DNA from: Sulfolobus acidocaldarius DSM 639
GTDB taxonomy: Archaea > Thermoproteota > Thermoprotei_A > Sulfolobales > Sulfolobaceae
Direction of reading: 5' to 3'
Length of the DNA: 32,000 bases
NCBI RefSeq assembly: GCF_000012285.1
Contig: NC_007181.1
Location: forward strand, 1,650,001-1,682,000
Shown: positions 1 to 11,728 of the stretch, piece after piece
How the letters are laid out: the number at the start of each line of letters is the position of its first letter
How positions within the stretch are numbered: the first letter of the stretch is position 1
Notes under the pieces: model-generated
Told to the model about the DNA's origin: nothing
Seen by the model: only the letters and a program-made list of their open reading frames with translations
Database searches by the model: none
Position numbers and translations under genes: made by a program

Positions 1-409
1 TAAGCCTCATCCACGTAGGGTATTTCAAGTTCTTGTTAACCGCGCCAAATGGGTCAAAGTGAGGTCCAAGAATAAGGTATTTTTGTGGCAAAATGGGCAT
101 TTCCTCACCTAGTAATTCAAAGTCTTTCAGTACGTATTTTCTCCAAACTCCTCTTAAAACTAGGTCTCTTCCAGTTCTTACCACCTCCAGAGGTAGATTT
201 GGGTACAACGAGAATGCTATTGCGGGAACGAAGAACACAGTTATTATAGGTGTGATAATTAGTAAAGGCGTTACTTCACTTAAATGAGGGACTGCCGTCA
301 ACGCTTCAATAATGGCTATAACGGTGAGAAAAATGGGTACATACGCTGGAAGCAGCAAATACAGGAGAATCTTCGGATTACTCTTCACTATGTCAATTAG
401 TCTCGTCAA
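1..409 (-). CDS. N-terminal part of a membrane protein of unknown function; the gene runs off the left window edge
   Basis: My own translation of the minus strand is open from TTG 409 (or GTG 388) to position 2 with no stop: (M)TRLIDIVKSNPKILLYLLLPAYVPIFLTVIAIIEALTAVPHLSEVTPLLIITPIITVFFVPAIAFSLYPNLPLEVVRTGRDLVLRGVWRKYVLKDFELLGEEMPILPQKYLILGPHFDPFGAVNKNLKYPTWMRL. It has two hydrophobic helix-like segments followed by a soluble part. It is probably absent from the ORF track because it has no stop codon in the window. Confidence 0.45.
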   Translation of the reverse strand, partial: MTRLIDIVKSNPKILLYLLLPAYVPIFLTVIAIIEALTAVPHLSEVTPLLIITPIITVFFVPAIAFSLYPNLPLEVVRTGRDLVLRGVWRKYVLKDFELLGEEMPILPQKYLILGPHFDPFGAVNKNLKYPTWMRL

Positions 410-668
410 TTATCCTCATAAACTAAATCAAAATATTGAGAGAATAAAAACTTTTTCCTTATTTGTTACAGCAGAGTTGAAGGAGGGAACATTTAACGTT
501 GCAGACTCCCCCTCCGCCGAGATTGGATCAATATGGTAATCAACTTTGTATGAGTACTGATTCTCATAACCACACAAGGGACACGTTATAACCCTACATA
601 AGCGATAACATTTGGGACGTAAAATTTTGCTTCAAAATTAATATATGTGTCATGATATTTTACATGGA

Positions 669-3600
669 GTTTTAGTTTCTTGTCGTTATTACATCATTGG
701 AATTGGGCTAGCCCTATTTTTCTTGATAGTTTTAGTTTCTTGTCGTTATTACAGTTGGTAGTGGGCAGATATCTAGCCCTGACCACTGTTTTAGTTTCTT
801 GTCGTTATTACTGATGTCGAATACCGGAGTCAAGATGTTGATGAAAAGTTTTAGTTTCTTGTCGTTATTACAAATAACGAAGATTTAAGTGGTTTTGAAC
901 CAAGAGAAGTTTTAGTTTCTTGTCGTTATTACTGATCACATGTTTTATCGGTAGTACATAATGTAGAAAGTTTTAGTTTCTTGTCGTTATTACGAGGAGT
1001 TTGATAAACTTTTGGAATTTCTTGAGAGGTTTTAGTTTCTTGTCGTTATTACGAAATATAGCAAGAGTTCTGTGGTCGCTATATTAGTTTTAGTTTCTTG
1101 TCGTTATTACATCATTAGCACGATATTTCATCATCACTGCAGTAATCGTTTTAGTTTCTTGTCGTTATTACCTCAAAAATATAATGCGTAAGCTTAAATA
1201 CCCAACGTTTTAGTTTCTTGTCGTTATTACTTTTTATTCTATATTTGAATAAAGCATAAAGTAATCGTTTTAGTTTCTTGTCGTTATTACCTAATATTAA
1301 TGGCAGTAGAAGTCTCGAACAACACGTTTTAGTTTCTTGTCGTTATTACTATCTCGCAATAAATGAGAGAGAGTCGGCGAGTGTGTTTTAGTTTCTTGTC
1401 GTTATTACTATGTTTGTTGTATTGCTAGCGTAATATTGTATTACAGTTTTAGTTTCTTGTCGTTATTACACACAATATCTTAGTCATTACTGGAATGACT
1501 ACAACGTTTTAGTTTCTTGTCGTTATTACATCATTAGCACGATATTTCATCATCACTGCAGTAATCGTTTTAGTTTCTTGTCGTTATTACTGTAGTAAAT
1601 TGATATAATCGGATTGAAGAGAGTGGTTTTAGTTTCTTGTCGTTATTACAGGGATATCTGGAAGTAATACACCAGTACTATACGTTTTAGTTTCTTGTCG
1701 TTATTACGCCATTCAACTCAAAACTTATAGAAGATTACGAAATAGTTTTAGTTTCTTGTCGTTATTACCCAAATGCTAAAAATAGAAAAGGTAGGAGAGT
1801 TATTAGTTTTAGTTTCTTGTCGTTATTACCGGTCTTCCAAAATTACTTAATGCTCTTGATAATAAAGTTTTAGTTTCTTGTCGTTATTGCTAAGGCTAAT
1901 TTTGATCGATAAAGATGAAGAAGAAAGGTTTTAGTTTCTTGTCGTTATTACTATCTAACCCTCTCTTTTTCAACTCTTTGAAGATAAAAGTTTTAGTTTC
2001 TTGTCGTTATTACCCTCCCTGATATTCACCTTCTCCATTTCCTGTAGCAAGTTTTAGTTTCTTGTCGTTATTACACCAACTCTCAATTACTCATAATATT
2101 CAAACTAAATGTTTTAGTTTCTTGTCGTTATTACATTCCGACTTGCTTAAATTCAGCTTTTTTGTACAAGTTTTAGTTTCTTGTCGTTATTACACAGTAG
2201 TAGCTCCGGCTGTCATTCCTAATAATATGTTTTAGTTTCTTGTCGTTATTACAAATGATATAAAAAATGAACAACAGAATATAAAAGTTTTAGTTTCTTG
2301 TCGTTATTACAACAAGAATTGATGAAGTATTCAAAAGAGCGATATGAAGTTTTAGTTTCTTGTCGTTATTACCTTTCAGAGGGCGAGATCGCAGAGTACT
2401 TGAGAATAGCGGTTTTAGTTTCTTGTCGTTATTACATTTCTGCAAATGTATAATACATCAATTTTATAATGTTTTAGTTTCTTGTCGTTATTACGCATCA
2501 GCAATTATGGAAGTCGCTAGATATTACTAGTTTTAGTTTCTTGTCGTTATTACAGGAATGTGTACAACAGCTATAAAAAAAGAAAGAATTGTGTTTTAGT
2601 TTCTTGTCGTTATTACTTTGGAATATCTTGCGAGGCGAGGGTGAGTGAACCTGTTTTAGTTTCTTGTCGTTATTACAATAAAAGGAGATTTCATAGACTC
2701 TATTCTCAAAAGTTTTAGTTTCTTGTCGTTATTACTTGTTCTAGAAGTGGCGCATTAAACGGCAGTTTTTGGTTTTAGTTTCTTGTCGTTATTACGAGAG
2801 ACAAAATTTCCAAGTAAGTGACTCTGAAAATTGTTTTAGTTTCTTGTCGTTATTACAATATACGCTGCATAATATACGCTCTCTTACGCTAAGGTTTTAG
2901 TTTCTTGTCGTTATTACAGAGTGGCATACCTTATTTGTTTTGTTGAGTTATGAAGGTTTTAGTTTCTTGTCGTTATTACTTCCATTTTCTTCATAAGTAG
3001 CATCTCTCAACAATGTTTTAGTTTCTTGTCGTTATTACATAACAATTGTCGGTAACTTATTTAGACGCTTAGTTTTAGTTTCTTGTCGTTATTACTTTGA
3101 TACGATTACAATAAAGTTCACTTAAAGTAGACGTTTTAGTTTCTTGTCGTTATTACAAAGTCTATTTTTATTTTATCTTTATCTATCAGCGTTTTAGTTT
3201 CTTGTCGTTATTACATTGGATAGTCAGTACCAAAAGGTACATTAAGCCACTGTTTTAGTTTCTTGTCGTTATTACATCATTAATAGAATACGAAAAGCTA
3301 AAAGCAAAAAAGTTTTAGTTTCTTGTCGTTATTACATGTAGATAACATCACTATATTGATAAAGAGACTCGTGTTTTAGTTTCTTGTCGTTATTACAAAA
3401 TCATTGAACTATAATGTAGATCTTGCAGTAGTTTTAGTTTCTTGTCGTTATTACTTTCCAGCCCAGCCTCTTTGCAGCTTCTAGCCTATGTTTTAGTTTC
3501 TTGTCGTTATTACATCTAGTGAGACAAAAAGAACCTCAGTCTCAGAGTTGTTTTAGTTTCTTGTCGTTATTACTTCCTTATACACATCAAGTAACACAGG

Positions 3601-6600
3601 CGAGTTCATCGTTTTAGTTTCTTGTCGTTATTACTGCGGGATACTACTTCGCCCCAAGTTCTGTAAAGACGTTTTAGTTTCTTGTCGTTATTACTGGTGA
3701 ACTGGTACAGATACATCCTTATGAAGAAGTTTTAGTTTCTTGTCGTTATTACCCATTACTGGACAAAGACTATGTCATCACAGCTGGTGGTTTTAGTTTC
3801 TTGTCGTTATTACTTAACACTGGTTGAATTCGCAAGGAAAGTGATAGGTGTTTTAGTTTCTTGTCGTTATTACAGATATTTAGCGTTAAAACTGCAGGAG
3901 ACAGGGGCACGTTTTAGTTTCTTGTCGTTATTACAAGTTTTTGATATCTGTCCCTGCAGTGTCTAGTGGTTTTAGTTTCTTGTCGTTATTACCTTCATAC
4001 TCATACCAATTGTAAGTGTTTCCTTGTGTTGAGTTTTAGTTTCTTGTCGTTATTACTCTTGGAAAGACCTTAAAAAAAGGATTGATTTATTGTTTTAGTT
4101 TCTTGTCGTTATTACTCGCATGCCTTAAATCGATCGTTTTCTCTACATCTGTTTTAGTTTCTTGTCGTTATTACTACGCTCCATGCCCAGCTGTGCTCTC
4201 ATCAACACATAGGTTTTAGTTTCTTGTCGTTATTACGCGAGAAAGACTTCTACTGGGGCGCCGAATTTAACGTTTTAGTTTCTTGTCGTTATTACATCGC
4301 TGAGATCCTAGCGACTTTCTACCTGCCCGATGTTTTAGTTTCTTGTCGTTATTACCGCTAAAGAACGCCCTAAGGGAAGCCTTCAAATAGTTTTAGTTTC
4401 TTGTCGTTATTACTATCGCCTCACGCCATCTCTTTGGCGTGGTATAATGTTTTAGTTTCTTGTCGTTATTACAAGTCGCAAAAGAACTGCTAGACAAATT
4501 TGACAGTGAAGTTTTAGTTTCTTGTCGTTATTACTGACTTATTTTTTGTCTTAACTTCACTACTCATTTTCTGTTTTAGTTTCTTGTCGTTATTACAAAG
4601 AACTCATTATCTTTAAGGACAAAGTCAGGGGTGTTTTAGTTTCTTGTCGTTATTACTTCCCCTGCGGATACTTCTGCCTCAATTTGGTCACAGTTTTAGT
4701 TTCTTGTCGTTATTACAAACCTTTTCAGAGGCTTACCTCATCAATGTGGAAGTTTTAGTTTCTTGTCGTTATTACAAAGAAAAAGAAAAGGCGGGGGCGA
4801 GGGCATGGAGTTTTAGTTTCTTGTCGTTATTACTCTGTGTAACGTATCAGCAATGCGCTTTGTTATATGTTTTAGTTTCTTGTCGTTATTACGCGGATTT
4901 CCACTGTTTCCAGCCTGAGCTTGGGCGTTTTAGTTTCTTGTCGTTATTACAGCAAATTTTTAACAAATGTATTCCATTCTTGAAGTGTTTTAGTTTCTTG
5001 TCGTTATTACAATTTTATAATGTCTGTAAAACTAAAACATTGTTTTGTTTTAGTTTCTTGTCGTTATTACAAGGGATCTAGCCTGGCTAGAGAGCTTGCC
5101 GCTTTAATTAAGTTTTAGTTTCTTGTCGTTATTACATGGGTGCACCACCAGAAGTAGTAGAAGAGGTCGAGGTTTTAGTTTCTTGTCGTTATTACTGTAT
5201 TGCCCACAATGTCCCGTTTTCGTTGTACAGGGTTTTAGTTTCTTGTCGTTATTACCAAGAGAAAGGAGCTAGGAAGAGGATCTTTTCCCTGTTTTAGTTT
5301 CTTGTCGTTATTACATTAGGACTCGAAAAATTTATATAAAAAAAGACATTGTTTTAGTTTCTTGTCGTTATTACTTCTCATCAACATTTGCTGTACAAAT
5401 TTCATAATCATGTTTTAGTTTCTTGTCGTTATTACACCAGTCTTACTCAACAAGTCAGCCCTTACTTATAATGTTTTAGTTTCTTGTCGTTATTACCTCA
5501 GTCAGATACGTCTTCTTTAGCTGGCTTATGTGTTTTAGTTTCTTGTCGTTATTACATCGAGTGGAAGGCGTTAGACCCAGTAGCTGCCGCGTTTTAGTTT
5601 CTTGTCGTTATTACAGCCTGGATCTGAAGAAACATAACCATGAGATATGTTTTAGTTTCTTGTCGTTATTACAGGTCAGGAATATAGATTATTCGTACTT
5701 TGCTATGTTTTAGTTTCTTGTCGTTATTACAAGTCTTCAGAAAATCATCAACACGCATATACTGGTTTTAGTTTCTTGTCGTTATTACTTTGATTAAAAT
5801 GGGTTGGTATGGCATAAAAAATGTTTTAGTTTCTTGTCGTTATTACATCGGAATTATAGGCGGATTTTTAACAATATTCCTAACATGTTTTAGTTTCTTG
5901 TCGTTATTACGGAGACAAAGTTTGTCTGTGCAATATATCCCAAGTTTTAGTTTCTTGTCGTTATTACAGAAAGAGGAACATAAGGTCTAGATCTTACCCA
6001 AGTTTTAGTTTCTTGTCGTTATTACTAATTCATCTTTATAGTGTAACTTTTTGAAATAAAGTTTTAGTTTCTTGTCGTTATTACAACTAAGAAAAATTCA
6101 GTCAGCAGTATTAACTACTACTAGTTTTAGTTTCTTGTCGTTATTACTACACCAGTGAGAATGTCTTCCCGAAACTACAAGAAGTTTTAGTTTCTTGTCG
6201 TTATTACAATTGGCAACTAAGAAGTTTGTACAAATAACATAAGTTTTAGTTTCTTGTCGTTATTACGAATAGGGGATGCGATAAACCAGTTAGCACAACA
6301 AGTTTTAGTTTCTTGTCGTTATTACGGCATATAGAATTTTTCGCTTTGTTGCCTCTTTAAGTTTTAGTTTCTTGTCGTTATTACATTCAATTTTTTTCGT
6401 TTTGTCGGTGAAAATAAAAGTTTTAGTTTCTTGTCGTTATTACGCTTGTGGTAACTATTCCATCGTCATCAGCAATCGTTTTAGTTTCTTGTCGTTATTA
6501 CAACGCATTATTGCTAATGCACGGTGCTAACAATCTAGGTTTTAGTTTCTTGTCGTTATTACGTTTAAAACGGTAAATAGATAAAACCAAGAAAATGGTT

Positions 6601-8594
6601 TTAGTTTCTTGTCGTTATTACACGTCTTGTGCTGACTTGTAAACATCGCTGTTCTTGTTTTAGTTTCTTGTCGTTATTACAAAGAAGTGCAAAAAAATGG
6701 CTACGGTGTACATTGTTTTAGTTTCTTGTCGTTATTACATGCATTCATTAAAGACTTAACAATTCAAGAGTTGTTTTAGTTTCTTGTCGTTATTACAAGT
6801 TTCTTAATTTATTACAGTTATATGAACAGCGTTTTAGTTTCTTGTCGTTATTACACAATAGCCCGCAAATGTCAGTATCATCACGTTGTTGTTTTAGTTT
6901 CTTGTCGTTATTACAGATTTTATGAAACATTAACTATTTATTTTATCTATGTTTTAGTTTCTTGTCGTTATTACATTAATCAGATAGAAACTAGCAGTGT
7001 TTTTTATGTTGTTTTAGTTTCTTGTCGTTATTACACCTTCACTTATTGAAGATGGGGCTGAAACAACTTTGTTTTAGTTTCTTGTCGTTATTACTTGGTT
7101 ACTGATATTTTCTGAACTCCAGCAAATGTGTTTTAGTTTCTTGTCGTTATTACCGTTAAACAGACTAGGCTCAGGACAAGCATTCACTGTTTTAGTTTCT
7201 TGTCGTTATTACAGCCCAAATCTGTTATCTCTTTAGAATGAAATTTTGTTTTAGTTTCTTGTCGTTATTACAGAGTACCTTTACCTAACCAGAGCGTCGT
7301 ATATTATGTTTTAGTTTCTTGTCGTTATTACTGTAGTCTTGCGCAATACCTGCGCTCTTTAGCAGTGTTTTAGTTTCTTGTCGTTATTACAGAAGCTATA
7401 CAACGAGGCTATATAAATAAAATGGTTTTAGTTTCTTGTCGTTATTACGTGAAGATGTCGATAGTGACGATAGCTGAGATAGTGTTTTAGTTTCTTGTCG
7501 TTATTACAAAGTAAGCCCGATAGTCCTTAGGTCAGGATCCCTTTAGTTTTAGTTTCTTGTCGTTATTACTATATTTGGTCAAGTGTTTCTACAGCATTTT
7601 AATGTTTTAGTTTCTTGTCGTTATTACGCAGAGTCTTTCGCTACGTCTTTCAGCGTCTCAAAGTTTTAGTTTCTTGTCGTTATTACGATCACAGTAATGC
7701 GTTATATAAAAAGGCAGAATTCAGTTTTAGTTTCTTGTCGTTATTACCTTTGATCAATTACTAAATTCTGTAATTGTGCCTCTAGTTTTAGTTTCTTGTC
7801 GTTATTACGTAGAAAGTCATAACCCAAAACTTCATTTTTTTGTTGTTTTAGTTTCTTGTCGTTATTACACAGGCTGTACCAAGCTGTTAGCGATGTAGTT
7901 AATGTTTTAGTTTCTTGTCGTTATTACAGCTCCCATTAAAATCACGACCACTCCAAATATCAGTTTTAGTTTCTTGTCGTTATTACAGTTATAATCTATC
8001 TCCGGAACATTAAAATATTTTAGTTTTAGTTTCTTGTCGTTATTACATAGTTGGTGGGACGGAATGGAGAAACAGCTAAAAGTTTTAGTTTCTTGTCGTT
8101 ATTACTATAAAAAAGCATTTGCACAGTCTTGGAAACCACTATTTGTTTTAGTTTCTTGTCGTTATTACATGCTCGCCCACCAGCACACCGGACAGATCGA
8201 CATAGTTTTAGTTTCTTGTCGTTATTACAACTGAAGGAACCTTGTAGAGCGGTATGCTTTGCTTCTTCTCGTTTTAGTTTCTTGTCGTTATTACAACTGG
8301 AGCAACGTATTGTTGAATATAGCCCCTATGAGTTTTAGTTTCTTGTCGTTATTACAATGAGATATTCACTGAGGTCATGGAGCGTGAAAGTTTTAGTTTC
8401 TTGTCGTTATTACTTTCCTTATTTTTTAACGAGGGAAATGGTCAGGCTAAAAGTTTTAGTTTCTTGTCGTTATTACTACGGTAAACTGGGGAGTTAACTC
8501 AGCATCCAGTTTTAGTTTCTTGTCGTTATTACCTTTCGCATACTTCCTCGCCCTCCTTGAGATATTTTCTGTTTTAGTTTCTTGTCGTTATTAC
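669..8594 (-). CRISPR. CRISPR array 1: 133 repeats, 132 spacers
   Basis: I counted 133 copies of GTTTTAGTTTCTTGTCGTTATTAC on the plus strand (first 669-692, last 8571-8594). The period is 56-66 nt and spacers are 32-42 nt. One repeat is variant (1867-1890, ending ATTGC). The leader and TATA box lie at the right end, so the array is transcribed on the minus strand as GTAATAACGACAAGAAACTAAAAC. Confidence 0.99.
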
Positions 8595-8760
8595 TGATCC
8601 TTGCCTCCATCAATTTTACATTCTTATTTCCTGGTTTATAAATATTTTCTCTCCTTCATTGTCAATTTTGTGCCCTTAGGTACGGAAGGGAGTTTTAGGC
8701 TACACAGGGTAACCCTAAAACCATTTTACGTAAGGATACGGAAGGAAATAACATAATACC
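8595..8760 (-). promoter_or_regulatory. CRISPR leader 1 with TATA box (TTTATAAA, 8635-8642)
   Basis: This 166 bp directly abuts the last repeat and is the inverted copy of 20796-20961, with 7 differences. The palindromic TATA element TTTATAAA ends 41 nt from the first repeat in both copies, which predicts a transcription start about 20 nt before the first repeat. Confidence 0.85.
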
Positions 8761-9225
8761 ACTTCCATTTCTTTTTTTATGTTTATCCATGAATTTCTTC
8801 GATGTTCTCCTGGTAGACTAATAAGTGTATAATAAAATTCTATGAATTTTAGACAGTTTACTACTAGACTCAATGAAGCTCTTACTTTTAATTATCTAGG
8901 CATGTAATAAAATTAAAAATTTTTAAAGGTATATTTGTAACTTAAAAATTTTTATATATTACACTTTTTAACGCAGTGGACAAACTTCAATGAAGTAAGT
9001 GTAGAGGCTCACCTACTGTAACTGTTCATGAGATCCCAAGCCCTACAACATATTAAATTGTTCAAAAATAATTCCACATATGAATGTAAAGACAACTACG
9101 ACTGTGTCCTTATGACTAATAGTGGTACCACGGGATATGAACATAATGTACGTTATACCATTGCTCATTCTCCTATGTAGACCTAAACTAGAATAAGCAA
9201 ATTATCTATACTATCTTTCCGTTAG

Positions 9226-9612
9226 GTTTTAGTGTTTTAACTAAGTGACTAAATAAGAGGGGATCCTCGTAGGGAAATCTCAGAGAGTTTTAAGCAAGTG
9301 ACTAAGGGGCACCGATACTTTTCGTCCATACGAACTGATTTTTGTGATTTAAAAACTAATTCTCGACACGAAGTAGGTTATACTCAGTAGAGAGTTTAAC
9401 TAGTTAGTGTTTGTAGTAATGATGATAATAATATTCTTGTTGGCTTAATTAGTTCAAGACTCCTTTCAGGTAACATTAACAGTTTTGAAGCCTACCATGA
9501 GAGTTTTCAGCTAATTTTTCACGTCACCCTCTAATTATTCCTTGATCCTGTTGACTTGTCATAGTTAATGTATATTACAGTAAAAAGTAATGGAATAAGA
9601 AGGAAAACTCTC
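9226..9612. repeat. Decayed periodic direct-repeat series (possible fossil array or iterated binding sites)
   Basis: GTTTTAACTAAGTGACTAA (9234-9252) and GTTTTAAGCAAGTGACTAA (9287-9305) match at 17/19 positions and are 53 nt apart. The 9-mer GAGAGTTTT occurs at 9283 and 9499, GAGAGTTTA at 9390, and the inverted copy AAAACTCTC at 9604-9612 (spacings 107, 109, 105 nt). 9226-9249 matches the CRISPR repeat at 15/24 ungapped positions in the array-1 orientation. Confidence 0.5.
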
Positions 9613-9637
9613 TCCCCATGCTCCACACCGAGTAGGT

Positions 9638-9643
9638 AAAAAA
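9638..9643 (-). terminator. Candidate archaeal oligo-T terminator of the interference operon
   Basis: An A6 run on the plus strand (T6 on the minus strand) lies 35 nt downstream of the cas3' stop codon. Archaeal terminators are typically short T tracts. Confidence 0.35.
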
Positions 9644-9677
9644 TTCTCGTTGTACAGTTTACTATCTAGGAATTTTC

Positions 9678-11693
9678 TCATAAAAACAAAAGTAGTGCTT
9701 TAGGGTATCTACAGTATTCTTTCAGGTCTCCCTCACATACGACAAGGGCAGAGGCATAACTCGAAACTAGGTTAGCCATATTGCTGAAATTATCCCACTG
9801 TATGCATTTCGGAGTTATTGGGATCAGGTAAGTGTTTTTCAGTGAGTCTATATTCTTGGGCTTGGTCTTTATTATCCCATTCCTACTCAAGACTAGGTTT
9901 GGGTGATACGCCTTATCCATGAAGTCCAGAAAAGTCGTTATTTTACACTCCTCTATGCCTTTAAGCTTGTCCACCAATAAGTAGGGGTACTCCTTTAAGG
10001 GGTCTTTGAGCTGGAAACAGTCTCCCTCACTGTTATACCTGAAGTTTCTGAGTAGAGTGAAGAAGTTCTCCGTCCCTGAGTCCCCACAGATTTTACCTTC
10101 AATTCCTTCGGGTCTGAAGGCAAATATCTTGAAGTAGTCTTCTGATGAAGGTCTTACATTAATCGTTGCGTCTACATCCCTCCAATTCTCTCTCATTACC
10201 GGTAGTGCCATATCACCGTTTGCTATATAGTATGCCAACAGGAAGGTGTCAAATATTATTTTCTCCCTTAACCTCGAGAACTCTAGTTGGTCCAACTTAT
10301 CATAGACTCTCCCTTGATATATGTTATTTATTAGTTGAATGAATTCCTCATAAGTTAACTCTTTTCCGTTCACCTTGTTTAGCGAGTCCGCTGCCCTTTT
10401 GTTAGCCTCAACAAATATGTGCACCTCAGCGGTTGACTCACTTGGACTATTTGAACTTATATTCTTGTTCATTCTACCAAACCTCCCAAAACGCTGTATA
10501 AGTGTTTCTGCATCGTTAGACGTTATATACCCTAAGTCGAGGTCAGGTATGTCGACTCCAAATGACAGGGCGTTGTTTCCAACTATCACTTTCGACTCCC
10601 TACCCACGTCTCTCTTGACGCATCTCCCATAACTTACATCTAGTCCCCATATTAGTGCTACGTCGTTCCAGGTTATTTTGTCACAGAGCTCTGCTATGTA
10701 GTACACCCTATCAAGTATAATCCCTGTCTTCTTAGTTGGTGGCTCAGCCATTGAAATGATGTAATTTACTAAAGCTTCCTGGGGGTTGCTACCTCTGTTC
10801 GAAACGTCTATGTTTGAATTACTCTGAGTAGTAGCCTGTCTTTCACCTAGGACTAAGTGAAACACCACCTTGGTCCTCTTCCGTATTACTGAGTTACCTT
10901 GTCCTGACTGAGCTGTAATTACCTTATCAAAAGTCATGGATGTAGGGGTTGCTGAGGAGAAGACTATACTATGCGGGGTCCCTAGGTACTTCCAGTAAAA
11001 CTCGACCATGTCCACCAATACATTGAGTGAGCTCCTCTCTATACCGTTATATAGGTGGAACTCATCAACAAAAAAGTAGCCATTGAAGAACCTGGAAAAA
11101 TCATTGAACAAGTTAACTAGGGTAGCTTTACTCATGTTAACTGACCTTATTCCCTTCATAGCCATCTCTATTAACTGAGACGAGTGGGGACTTTTCCCTA
11201 GGGTAGAGAGGAACATGTAAGGATATTCTGGGACTGTGAGAACAAGTAGTAACTCTTTAGGGTTAGGGATGAAATGTTCTAAGCTCTCAAACACCTCCCT
11301 CTTAGTATCACTGGTCAACTTCACAACTCTAAGCTTCACCTCTTCCTCTTCCGGAATACCCTCAGATTGGTCTACTCCCTCCACCTTAATCTTACCCATG
11401 AAGTAGTCGCCGTTGTTTGAAAACCCCATCCTTATCAATGTGTTCTTTAAGGACTCGTACTGGTCGTACACTAGGGACTTTGACGGGTATAGACCAGTTA
11501 CAGGCATACCTCTCCCTAAATTTTTAAGTAGGCTGACAATGAGGGTGAATGTCTTCCCTGATCCAGTAGGAGCCCTGAGAAGTATCCTCCTGTACTTATC
11601 GAGACTGTAGAGAAGTTCCTCCTGAAACTTACGTAGTCTTATACCGTTTACTGTCACTTTCCCCTCTTCGAGGTACACTTCCTTGACTACCAC
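9678..11693 (-). CDS. cas3: Cas3' SF2 helicase (no HD domain), type I-D
   Basis: 671 aa with a GTG start. Motifs seen: Walker A APTGSGKT, DExH-like box VDEFH, motif III FSSATP, motif VI QRFGRFGR. There is no HD nuclease domain, which fits type I-D, where the HD domain sits on Cas10d. It is the last gene of the cas10d-csc2-csc1 operon. Confidence 0.9.
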   Translation of the reverse strand: MVVKEVYLEEGKVTVNGIRLRKFQEELLYSLDKYRRILLRAPTGSGKTFTLIVSLLKNLGRGMPVTGLYPSKSLVYDQYESLKNTLIRMGFSNNGDYFMGKIKVEGVDQSEGIPEEEEVKLRVVKLTSDTKREVFESLEHFIPNPKELLLVLTVPEYPYMFLSTLGKSPHSSQLIEMAMKGIRSVNMSKATLVNLFNDFSRFFNGYFFVDEFHLYNGIERSSLNVLVDMVEFYWKYLGTPHSIVFSSATPTSMTFDKVITAQSGQGNSVIRKRTKVVFHLVLGERQATTQSNSNIDVSNRGSNPQEALVNYIISMAEPPTKKTGIILDRVYYIAELCDKITWNDVALIWGLDVSYGRCVKRDVGRESKVIVGNNALSFGVDIPDLDLGYITSNDAETLIQRFGRFGRMNKNISSNSPSESTAEVHIFVEANKRAADSLNKVNGKELTYEEFIQLINNIYQGRVYDKLDQLEFSRLREKIIFDTFLLAYYIANGDMALPVMRENWRDVDATINVRPSSEDYFKIFAFRPEGIEGKICGDSGTENFFTLLRNFRYNSEGDCFQLKDPLKEYPYLLVDKLKGIEECKITTFLDFMDKAYHPNLVLSRNGIIKTKPKNIDSLKNTYLIPITPKCIQWDNFSNMANLVSSYASALVVCEGDLKEYCRYPKALLLFL

Positions 11694-11728
11694 CTCACGT
11701 ACATACGTCTACTATCACCTCACCATAA

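Noticed and set aside
93-539. Plus-strand ORFs 93-287 and 312-539
   Set aside because: They are antisense to a longer, more protein-like minus-strand frame that is open from 409 to the window edge. Their composition is low-complexity and I see no promoter or context for them.
3772-8338. Many ORF-track entries inside array 1 (e.g. 3772-3966, 4644-5081, 5528-5713, 5790-5990, 6822-7049, 8034-8234, 8129-8338) with recurring VLVSCRYY or FSFLSLLQ peptides
   Set aside because: The recurring peptides are translations of the 24-nt CRISPR repeat in two frames. The ORFs exist only because neighbouring spacers happen to lack stops.
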